Shown here in pieces: positions 1 to 8,491 of a DNA stretch of 41,474 nucleotides. A model generated the notes under the pieces. The model was given only the letters and a program-made list of their open reading frames with translations, made no database searches and had not been told where the DNA came from. Numbering within the stretch: the first letter of the stretch is position 1; each line of letters opens with the position of its first letter. Source of the DNA: Barthelona sp. PAP020 (lineage: Eukaryota); assembly GCA_040182905.1 (NCBI GenBank), contig JARQWU010000066.1, positions 1-41,474 on the forward strand, given 5' to 3'. The translations under genes and the position numbers were made by a program.

Positions 1-141
1 TTTTGCAAAAGCAAAATTTTAAAGTTTGAACTTTACCTTAGAAAATCTAAAGTTTTTCAACAGATCAATCGGGCCTCGAAAGCCTTTAACCAAATAAACA
101 CTATTCTTTCTTATTCACTCACACGCACAGTGCTTCTTGGC
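1..141. repeat. Direct repeat copy A (~141 bp; may extend past the left window edge)
   Basis: Hand alignment with 683..824 gives about 122/142 identities (~86%) with one 1-nt gap, e.g. gcaaaattttaaagtttgaactt, atcgggcct, tattctttcttattcactcacacg, ttcttggc shared. Confidence 0.93.
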
Positions 142-330
142 TTGGAAATAATTATCTCTAATAATGGATAATGCCTTGTTCCTGGACATACCATCTCCCT
201 GTAGTTGGTGGAACCTGCTTTGAGCATAGGAATGTCTAAAATCGTGTGGACTAATTCCTAACTTGGCTTGGAAATAAACAAAAGAATGGGAATGGAAAAT
301 TTTTCCAAAATTTTCATACTTGATGACCAA
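115..330 (-). pseudogene. Tyrosine recombinase (phage-integrase family) C-terminal fragment, truncated
   Basis: Translation contains PHDFRHSYAQSRFHQLQGDGMSRNKALSIIR, matching the HxxRH box-II motif and following helices of tyrosine recombinases. The expected LGH and catalytic Tyr are missing, the start is TTG, and an in-frame TGA lies just upstream. Confidence 0.6.
136..277. repeat. Exact 16-bp direct repeat cttggcttggaaataa at 136..151 and 262..277
   Basis: Read directly. It gives YFQAK twice in the minus-strand translation and brackets the HDFRH core. Confidence 0.9.
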
Positions 331-682
331 GATTCAATTGTCGCCACTCATTGTCTGTGGCTGAGATTTAATGAAATGAGTTTTCTCTGATTACTTTTTC
401 TTTGTAAATAAATATTGTTGTTTCACAACTTGACCAAAATATTAATATTAATAATTTATAAGTATTAACACTTTCCATATAATACTATGTTATTATTTTA
501 AATTTCTTTTTCAATTAATTATAAATTAGTCCTGTTGTGAACAACTGTATTCATTTATAAAAAAAGTAAACTCAAAAAATTTATTCTAATAAATTGTAGG
601 TAAGGAATGAGAGATTGAAATACCATTTCAACGATCAAGTTGGAGAATTTCTCCGAAATTCTTCATCACAATTTTTTTGTTT

Positions 683-824
683 TTTTACCAAGGCAAAATT
701 TTAAAGTTTGAACTTAACCTTGGAAAATATAAAGTCTTTTAACGGACAAAATCGGGCCTAGAAAGCGTTTAACCCAATGAACATTATTCTTTCTTATTCA
801 CTCACACGGACTGTGATTCTTGGC
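683..824. repeat. Direct repeat copy B (~142 bp)
   Basis: ~86% identical to 1..141 by hand alignment, offset 682-683 bp. Confidence 0.93.
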
Positions 825-1108
825 CAACAAATAATCAACAGATCATCTACAAAAGCATCTACAAAAGCACAAAAGATTAGAGAATATTCGATAAAATCTT
901 TCTGTAATGGACTACATATAAATCAAATAAATATTCAAAAGTACCAAATGCCATTTCCAAAATGCTTCTTTTGACTATTTTTATGGTTCATTAAAAGAAA
1001 TAGTCATGTGAGGATAGTCTTTGCACAACCAACCCAAAAAAAAACGTGAAATAAGAATCAGGCGAAATTCGCATTTTATTATTGAAACAGAAAGCCTAAA
1101 AACTATAA

Positions 1109-2653
1109 TTAAACCATGGTATCAGGATAAAAAACGGTACCATGATGAAAATCATCAGGCTGATAACTAATTGGATATCTATCAGATTGTTCATTTGACT
1201 GTATGGGATGTTGATTTGAGTTTACATGATAAGTGATGTTGTTCACAAGATCGTCTTCAACATTCATAAATATAGCTTTGTTGTCATCAAAGGAGGTTTG
1301 ATTTTGGTTCAGAAAAGAATTTTGTTTCCAATCAAAATTACTCATCGATTGATTGTTTATTGGACTGTTTTCAAAATTGGGTTGCTGATTCAAATACAAA
1401 GCATTGGTAAAACCATCATCAAACGCCTTCTTATGACTTACTCTTTTTAAAGCAACACAACAACCAATTCCAACAAGAACAATAAAAAACGATATAACAA
1501 GGACCATAAACAGACCATTTCCATCATTATTGGAAACAACACTTGTGAATCCATAGTGTGTAATAGCAGGTGCAATATTGCTCCCAATCCAAAATTGAGG
1601 ACCAGTCATACCAATAAAATGAGTTCCTAATTGATCTTCGTGAGTTTCTAAAATAACTGTTTTGCTACCAACACCAATAGCAGCACCAAAACCATAGTAA
1701 TCTTTAGAATTTGAAGATATATAATTGATAAGAAATTTAAAACCTGAAGCACTTGACACACTAACTAATTGTACATTGCCACCGTCAACACGATTACCAT
1801 ATAAGATTCTGTTGTTGGTTAAACCAATCAAAGAACTAAAATTTTGGACTTTTGTTGAAGAGGAAAGTTTAGTCACAAAAATAAATTCTTTATCATTAAT
1901 TTCAAACAAATAATAATAATCAGACGACAGACAAACTATATAATCAGTAGTATATGTGGCACGAATAATATCCGAATATTCCTTCGAACCAATAGCATAT
2001 TTGGTCACATAAGTGGCTTTATTGTAAATTCTTATCTGAATTCCAACCTCAGTTTCTCTTGAAGTGTTTAACATTATAAAAGCGTTTCCTTGAAGTCCAA
2101 CAACCCTACCAGTATAACTGCTTTGACCACTACTGAGAGAAGATCCACTTAATTGATAGAGAATATACCCAAAGGTCGAAGTACGAGATATTTGAATGTA
2201 GGCATAAAAAAAACCAGTAACAGTATCAATACTCACTCCACCAAAGGTGTAAGCATCCGAAGATGAAAAAGTTTCGTAACTATCTAAAGAGCAATGTTCC
2301 GAACTTGAAATTTCATAGACAAATAGACCATTTGTTCTTAGAATTGCAATTTTACCATTAAAAAGTGCAGGTTTGGCAAATATTATGGCTGAAGAAAATG
2401 GAATTTGACATTGAGGACTACCAAACATAGAATAAACTTGAATTCCATAATATCCATTTGAATCCACCTTCATATATGCCCAGTATGAGGTTCCAACACC
2501 AATAACAGCATCATAGCCATATGAACTCCGAGAACCAAAAGTATAATCAGGGAGGAAATGATCAAGATTAAGTGCATCACCAACAAATTTTTCACCAGTT
2601 ATACCAAAGCAAACAGTGATCAAAGATAATAAAAGAATGCAAACTTTTATCAT
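1109..2653 (-). CDS. Type I membrane protein: signal peptide, beta-rich (possibly beta-propeller) ectodomain, one TM helix, N/Q-rich cytoplasmic tail
   Basis: ATG at 2653 gives MIKVCILLLSLITVCFG (signal-like); Y/G/S-rich short-strand ectodomain; TM GLFMVLVISFFIVLVGIGCCVAL followed by KR. 514 aa. Confidence 0.8.
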   Translation of the reverse strand: MIKVCILLLSLITVCFGITGEKFVGDALNLDHFLPDYTFGSRSSYGYDAVIGVGTSYWAYMKVDSNGYYGIQVYSMFGSPQCQIPFSSAIIFAKPALFNGKIAILRTNGLFVYEISSSEHCSLDSYETFSSSDAYTFGGVSIDTVTGFFYAYIQISRTSTFGYILYQLSGSSLSSGQSSYTGRVVGLQGNAFIMLNTSRETEVGIQIRIYNKATYVTKYAIGSKEYSDIIRATYTTDYIVCLSSDYYYLFEINDKEFIFVTKLSSSTKVQNFSSLIGLTNNRILYGNRVDGGNVQLVSVSSASGFKFLINYISSNSKDYYGFGAAIGVGSKTVILETHEDQLGTHFIGMTGPQFWIGSNIAPAITHYGFTSVVSNNDGNGLFMVLVISFFIVLVGIGCCVALKRVSHKKAFDDGFTNALYLNQQPNFENSPINNQSMSNFDWKQNSFLNQNQTSFDDNKAIFMNVEDDLVNNITYHVNSNQHPIQSNEQSDRYPISYQPDDFHHGTVFYPDTMV

Positions 2654-2804
2654 CAAAAAAAAAAAATCAAACACAAAAGAAATGAGAAATTTTTGAAATC
2701 GCAAGAAGCCAAAAAATTTTCAATTGTCCTCTTCCTCAATTTAACAATATTTGATCAACAAAAAAAAGAGATCATAAATTTATGAAAATTCATTGGATCA
2801 AAAA

Positions 2805-4703
2805 TCAACAAACAAAAACCAATTCAATATGCGCAATCAATTGATGAATAAATTGTTCAAGGGTAGTATAATTTACGATAATTCTTTCTAGGTCTGGTTT
2901 GACATTTTTAACATTATGATTGGTCAAAAAAGCCTCAGACAATTGTTTTAATTGAATGTCCCAATTATCAAACCCTTCCAATTCATGAAGAATCCCATCA
3001 ACTACAATAGTTAAAGCAGAAACTAACCCATCTAGTTCATTTTCAATTTCACAACTTTTATCAGGGTTTGTATCGACTTCAACATTATCTTTGGTTTCAA
3101 TTTCAGTTTTATTGAAAATTTTTATTGATTTATCGACATCACCCAACAAAAATATCCCAAAATTTGGTGTAAAAAGCATAATATCAATAATCAACTCGAA
3201 TAAACACAAATTGAAAGCATTTGAATTCAATGCATAATTCAAAAATTTGTTGATAATTGCCTGCTTCATGTTTTTCAAAAAATCTTTGTTCTTTTCTGTA
3301 AATTGATCATCTAAAACATTATATTTGTCAAAAGATTGATATAACTCATCAAATGAATGACAATTTGTTAAACTATTTTTTATTAACGACGAGTTTACAC
3401 TTGCTAGTCTTCTTTGAGCCTCAAAACGATAATCATTAATAGTACAACCTTTAATATTAGTTCTCAATAATAACATTGTTTCCAAAGTACTGAAGATTTT
3501 TAAAGAAGGTTTTTCAATGGGCTCAGAACATGTGAATAAAGTTTTTAGGTCACTCAATTCTTTGTTGGCAAAATTTAAATTTAACACTGCACTTGTGTAT
3601 TCACAAGCCAGTTTTGAAATCTCTTCCTCTCCTTCTTCAATAAGCTGAGGCATAAATTTGACAAAATTGGCAAAAAACACAATGTTTTCAAAAGACAATT
3701 TCCAACATCCAAAAATCATCAACTTGAGTATTCCTTTTTTACATGAATGGTTACCACTTATCAATTGTTCTTCAAAAACATCTTTCAAAGTCTCATTACA
3801 CTCTTTCATAAAACATTCCTTAAAAGGCTTATAAGACAACTTATCAAACATATTTATCAAGTCAAAGGATTGTTTGAACTCAACCAACTGATTCTCATCA
3901 GTAGAAACACTTATTTTTAGCAATCGAAAAACTAGAGTTTTAATCAAAGTTTGTTTGTAAAGTTTGTAAAAACCTTCAGAAAATTCAGGATACATGTTGA
4001 AAAATTCACAGAATCTTTCAAAAGTCTTGATTTTATAAACTGAAAATATAGCTCCCATCGTTACAAAATTGTCAGTGATATACAACTCTTTTCCAGGGAA
4101 ACTAACTAAAGCGGTTAAAATGCATTCTATTAACCAATTCAAATTGTCAAAAATATCAATAGTCGATTCTATCACTAATTCTTCAGTTGGATATTGAAAC
4201 TCACAACTTTCAGGTATTAGTTGAAATTTATCACTCTTTTTCAACATGTTTCCATATAAACCTTCCAAAAATGAATTCAAGGGTTGAGAAACAGTTGATT
4301 GAACCATAATTACAGGAATAGACTTCAATAAATGTGAACAAAAAGCTATACATAATCGAACCATCCCATTAGGTTGATCATTCTTCCCATATTCTAATAA
4401 TATCTTGAAAAGGTTATTAGTCAAAAAATACTGCAAACATTCCCCTGCATAATTGTTGGAAGTTCTATCGTTTTCTTCAAATATTAATAAATCAAGAATG
4501 TTTTGTAAAACAACAGGTATTGTTGTATTGATATCAACATTATCAATTTCATTTTCACTATGTTTTGTATAATTTTCCAATTCAGTTATTAATTCATCCC
4601 AATGTTCCGTTAGTTCATCAATATAATTACGAGTTTGAACATATTCACCAATCTTATTCACAGTACTTTTAACTATTTTCTTTAATCTTGATCTTAGTCC
4701 CAT
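2805..4703 (-). CDS. FHIP2: FHIP/FAM160 (RAI16-like) family protein, FTS-Hook-FHIP complex subunit
   Basis: LDLLIFEE...AGECLQYFLTNNLFKILLEYGKNDQPNGM resembles FAM160B LDILVYEE...GPCLEYLLQHKILETL...PPGM; C-terminal LEQFIHQLIA resembles LEEFCKELAA. Confidence 0.8.
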   Translation of the reverse strand: MGLRSRLKKIVKSTVNKIGEYVQTRNYIDELTEHWDELITELENYTKHSENEIDNVDINTTIPVVLQNILDLLIFEENDRTSNNYAGECLQYFLTNNLFKILLEYGKNDQPNGMVRLCIAFCSHLLKSIPVIMVQSTVSQPLNSFLEGLYGNMLKKSDKFQLIPESCEFQYPTEELVIESTIDIFDNLNWLIECILTALVSFPGKELYITDNFVTMGAIFSVYKIKTFERFCEFFNMYPEFSEGFYKLYKQTLIKTLVFRLLKISVSTDENQLVEFKQSFDLINMFDKLSYKPFKECFMKECNETLKDVFEEQLISGNHSCKKGILKLMIFGCWKLSFENIVFFANFVKFMPQLIEEGEEEISKLACEYTSAVLNLNFANKELSDLKTLFTCSEPIEKPSLKIFSTLETMLLLRTNIKGCTINDYRFEAQRRLASVNSSLIKNSLTNCHSFDELYQSFDKYNVLDDQFTEKNKDFLKNMKQAIINKFLNYALNSNAFNLCLFELIIDIMLFTPNFGIFLLGDVDKSIKIFNKTEIETKDNVEVDTNPDKSCEIENELDGLVSALTIVVDGILHELEGFDNWDIQLKQLSEAFLTNHNVKNVKPDLERIIVNYTTLEQFIHQLIAHIELVFVC

Positions 4704-4929
4704 CGTTTTCTTTGGTTATATTCTTTTGAATGAGGGAGAAAAAACTAAAAAAAAAAATCAAGTCTTCTTTTTATTCTATTATTTTGCTTTTTAGGTTAAA
4801 GTTATGAAAAAGCATGCATAATTATTAGTGAAAAAAACTCTTCATTAAACTTTTGAAGAATAGAAAGATAAAAATTAAAACTATTTATTTATAAGTACTA
4901 TTGAAAATAAATCACACAATTTAACATCC

Positions 4930-5904
4930 TCAAAAAGCCTTTTGTATCATGTTTGAGCTTGATTTGAAATTTGTGGTCAAATCTACAGACAAATTTTCCT
5001 GTTTTGGAGCATTACCAGTATCTTGCTTTGCATGTTCTTTAATAGGTGATGCTTGGAGTTGCTCCAATGTGTCAACACATTCTTCCAAATCTTGAGCCAT
5101 TTTTTCATATTTGGGTAACAATTTTGACTTTCTGTAAAATAATATCTGATTAGAATGACGTACAATTTGAATTTCCTGAGAGAGCTTATTGTAGAGTTCT
5201 TTGCAACGAGCTAATTTAGAACGAACTTCAGGTAAAGCAGAAGGATCTGTTTGTAAATCACAATAGTGATATTTTAAATGTTTAGAACAGAACATAAACT
5301 CTTTCAAAACAACTTCCTTGCATCTCTTTCCATCTCCAATTTCTTTTCCAAAATTACTTTTACACTTACAATAAATACTATTGGCATCTGTTTCAATATG
5401 CTCAGCACAATATTGTGGCTTTTCACCAATATATTCCATCAAGGCAGGATTACGACAAGGTTTTCCAGTTTTTTTGTTTTTGGCACAGCAAGGCTCATAA
5501 TCAGGTCTTTCTTTTGGTGTTTTTTTGTTTCTGGGTCTATTAACACGACCAACAGTATTGTTACTTTCTGGTTCATTTGACAAATTCATGTTATTTTGAT
5601 ATCCATGAATTAGATGTGGAATAGGTGCTGTTTGAAATGGGTGATAAATTGGAACATTGTTCATGGAAAAATTGAGAGGTGCGAATGTTGGAAATTGGGA
5701 AAACATAAATTGGTTGTTAAAAGGAGAATTCATACTCAAAGGGTTTAAAGTACCAGCTTCATTAGTTGATGCACTTTGTTGACCCAAAGATTCTGCCATG
5801 GGTGGAAAAGGCAGTACATAGGGATAATTAAAGTCTAATGAAACTGGAATTGGCATCATATAAGGCGTTTGGGGTGTTATATCATTCTTTGATCTTTCAT
5901 TCAT
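4930..5904 (-). CDS. Putative nucleic-acid-binding protein with two tandem C3H-type zinc-binding motifs, P/N/Q-rich N-terminus and coiled coil
   Basis: ATG at 5904 (MNERSK). Motifs CCAKNKKTGKPC...YCAEH and CKCKS...GKRC...FCSKH, preceded by basic RPRNKKTPK; helical region follows. Confidence 0.75.
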   Translation of the reverse strand: MNERSKNDITPQTPYMMPIPVSLDFNYPYVLPFPPMAESLGQQSASTNEAGTLNPLSMNSPFNNQFMFSQFPTFAPLNFSMNNVPIYHPFQTAPIPHLIHGYQNNMNLSNEPESNNTVGRVNRPRNKKTPKERPDYEPCCAKNKKTGKPCRNPALMEYIGEKPQYCAEHIETDANSIYCKCKSNFGKEIGDGKRCKEVVLKEFMFCSKHLKYHYCDLQTDPSALPEVRSKLARCKELYNKLSQEIQIVRHSNQILFYRKSKLLPKYEKMAQDLEECVDTLEQLQASPIKEHAKQDTGNAPKQENLSVDLTTNFKSSSNMIQKAF

Positions 5905-6204
5905 TTGGAAAGTGAAATGGAAAACTGATTCCAACACAGCTTTTGATTTTGATTTCTTCCAATTTTCAATTCAACTTTAATTCCAAAATTCTTATATTTA
6001 TATATTTAATCATATTTTATCGTTTGAAAATAAGAAATTTAAATTTTTAATTTCGACAATTTCAAAACTTCTTCAAAAAATGTCACAAACAATAACGTTT
6101 TATAAAATTTTATTATTTAAATCAATGATGAAAATTTAGGGTAAAATTTTGGAAAGATGGTTTTTTTTTTGAATTTTCCATAGTTTTTTTTTGAATATTA
6201 AAAC

Positions 6205-6618
6205 ATGGACGAATCTGAAGTAAGATCACTTTTTAACTCTTTTGACACAGATGGCAATGGATCTATTGATCATCAAGAGCTTTTTGCTGTTTTACATGCT
6301 ATTGTTCCTGATGTTGATGATGAGCAAATTAGAAAGGTTATTGAAGAATGTGACACTGATAAAAACGGTTCTGTTGAATATGAAGAGTTCAAAGAACTTT
6401 TGGAAAAAATTCAACCTGATGATAGTGATTTAAAGGCCGCTTTTGATCTTTTTGACGAAGATGGAAATGGTTCAATTACTTATGATGAATTTAAGAAGTT
6501 CTTGTTGAAGATTGATCCAACTGCTTCTGAACAAGAAATGCGCAGTATGTTTGCTGTTGCTGATAGTGACAATGATGGTCAAATTGATTTTGAAGAATTT
6601 AAAGCCATTCATGAATAA
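6205..6618 (+). CDS. Calmodulin-like protein with four canonical EF-hands
   Basis: Loops DTDGNGSIDHQE, DTDKNGSVEYEE, DEDGNGSITYDE, DSDNDGQIDFEE; 137 aa. Too divergent and short-linkered to be canonical calmodulin. Confidence 0.93.
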   Translation: MDESEVRSLFNSFDTDGNGSIDHQELFAVLHAIVPDVDDEQIRKVIEECDTDKNGSVEYEEFKELLEKIQPDDSDLKAAFDLFDEDGNGSITYDEFKKFLLKIDPTASEQEMRSMFAVADSDNDGQIDFEEFKAIHE

Positions 6619-6913
6619 TTTTTCTTGTGTTTTGTTGTTGTAAAAATTGAATAAATTAACATTTGATTTTTTTTAATATTTTTTGTTGTTTTCGATATTT
6701 TTTGGAAGAAAATTGTTGGGTTATTGATACACTTCATGAGAATATTTTCAAACAAAAAAATTTGCATTCCACCGAGTCAGATTTATGTTTCTTCACATTG
6801 ATATGCTCAAAAATCATCAGAATTGCGATATAAAGAAAGAAAATACAAATATCACCAAAAAAAAAACAAAAAAACAAAAGAAAAAACCAACTTTTATTTA
6901 CACAATTGTTATT

Positions 6914-8305
6914 TTACATAAATCTCTTCAAAGTTTTCAATTGATCATCAGTATAAGGTGCATAACGAAGATTTTTATCAACTTCAATCCAGGTCTTTCT
7001 ATGTACTACAGATTTCATGTGGGAAAATGTTGTAAATGAGTTATAACCATGATAATTTCCCATTCCTGAGTTACCAACTCCACCAAAAGGAATTTCAGCA
7101 GAAGAAACTTGAATCAAACAATCATTGATACAAACAGAACCGGAAGTTGTTCTTGTTTTGAACAGTTCCTCAACATCTTTATCGCTTGAAAAGAGATATA
7201 GAGTTAATGGTCTTTCGTTGCTATTGACAAATTTAATAATTTCATTTACTTCATCGTAAAGCATGACAGGTAAAACTGGACCGAAAATTTCTTCTCCCAT
7301 AATAGGCATGTCAGGTGTGACATCGGTGAGAATAGTTGGGGGAATAAATCTGTTTTCAATATTAGAAACACCATTTTGCATGAATAGCTTAGCGCCTTGA
7401 TCAACACTGTCGGTAATCAGGTTGTTAATCCTTTGAGCATGTTGCACATTGACGATTCGACAAAATTCCTGACTTTCAGCAGCATTTTCACCATATTGTG
7501 CAATAAATTCATTCTTCAAAATTTCTAAAAATTCTTCTGCAATAGTTCTCTCCAAAAATAAATAATCAGGGGCAACACAAGTCTGCCCAGCATTAATGCA
7601 TTTTCCCCAAACCAATCTACGTGCAGCCAAGGCTAAATTACAAGAAGAATGAATAATAGCAGGTGATTTACCACCCAACTCCAAAGTAACAGGTGTAAGG
7701 CTTTTGGACATAGCTTTCATTACAACCTTACCAAGATTAGGAGACCCAGTAAAAAAGCAATAATTAAATGGCAATTCTAATAAAGCACTAGTCACTTCTC
7801 GTCCTCCAGCATAAATAGCAAATGCTTCTGGATCAAGATATTTGGGAACAATATCTAACATTAATTGGCTATACTCTGGTAAAAACGTGGAAGTCCTCAA
7901 AATACAACAGTTACCAGCAGCAATTGCCCCAACCAATGGAACAAACAAAAGATTAAATGGATAATTCCAAGGCGAAATAATTAATGCAACTCCATAAGGT
8001 TGAGGAAATATTTCAGCATTTGAGGGTGTAATTCTCCAAGGTGTAGGTAACTTCGATGGTTTCATCCATTTTTGCAAATTTTTCTCAGCAAATTCAATTT
8101 CATCTAAAACAGGTGAAATATCAACCATAAAAGTATCAAAAGGATGACGATGAAGATCTTTGTTAAGTGAGTCAACAATTGCATCCTGATTTTCAATTAT
8201 CATTTTTTTCAATTGTTCCAATTGATGCAATCTATATTCAGAAGATAAAGTTGCACCAGTTTGAAAGAATTCTTGAATTCGGTTGAATGTTTCGGCGATT
8301 TCCAT
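6914..8305 (-). CDS. NAD(P)+-dependent aldehyde dehydrogenase, ALDH3/YwdH/CALDH-like
   Basis: ATG at 8305 (MEIAETF). Motifs PWNYP, FTGS, LELGGKSP, NAGQTCVAPDY (catalytic Cys), EEIFGPVLP, PFGGVGNSGMGNYHG, LRYAPY. Confidence 0.95.
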   Translation of the reverse strand: MEIAETFNRIQEFFQTGATLSSEYRLHQLEQLKKMIIENQDAIVDSLNKDLHRHPFDTFMVDISPVLDEIEFAEKNLQKWMKPSKLPTPWRITPSNAEIFPQPYGVALIISPWNYPFNLLFVPLVGAIAAGNCCILRTSTFLPEYSQLMLDIVPKYLDPEAFAIYAGGREVTSALLELPFNYCFFTGSPNLGKVVMKAMSKSLTPVTLELGGKSPAIIHSSCNLALAARRLVWGKCINAGQTCVAPDYLFLERTIAEEFLEILKNEFIAQYGENAAESQEFCRIVNVQHAQRINNLITDSVDQGAKLFMQNGVSNIENRFIPPTILTDVTPDMPIMGEEIFGPVLPVMLYDEVNEIIKFVNSNERPLTLYLFSSDKDVEELFKTRTTSGSVCINDCLIQVSSAEIPFGGVGNSGMGNYHGYNSFTTFSHMKSVVHRKTWIEVDKNLRYAPYTDDQLKTLKRFM

Positions 8306-8491
8306 TAAAAAAGGGTAATAGGTGAAATGTAAAATTATCAAATAATTTCATTTTTTTTGATTTATAAATTATATTGAACATTTAAACTTAGTAGTTTATT
8401 ATGTTTGTTATTTGTAATTAAGTTTAAAGAGGAAGTAGAAAATTACTTCTGTTCAAACAATCTTTTTTGAAAATTCATTTGTACAAACAAT

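Noticed and set aside
1..830. CRISPR-like or LTR-retrotransposon reading of the left-edge repeats
   Set aside because: Only two long copies, no regular repeat-spacer array, no TG...CA ends, no gag/pol remnants.
777..974. 65-aa plus-strand ORF overlapping repeat copy B
   Set aside because: Starts inside the degenerate repeat (copy A has ATA at that codon), runs through a catctacaaaag tandem duplication and has no recognisable motif.
6770..6825. Possible C/D snoRNA (TGATGA...CTGA on minus; attgatatgct complementary to LSU rRNA on plus)
   Set aside because: The boxes and the putative guide are on opposite strands, and there is no terminal stem; likely chance.
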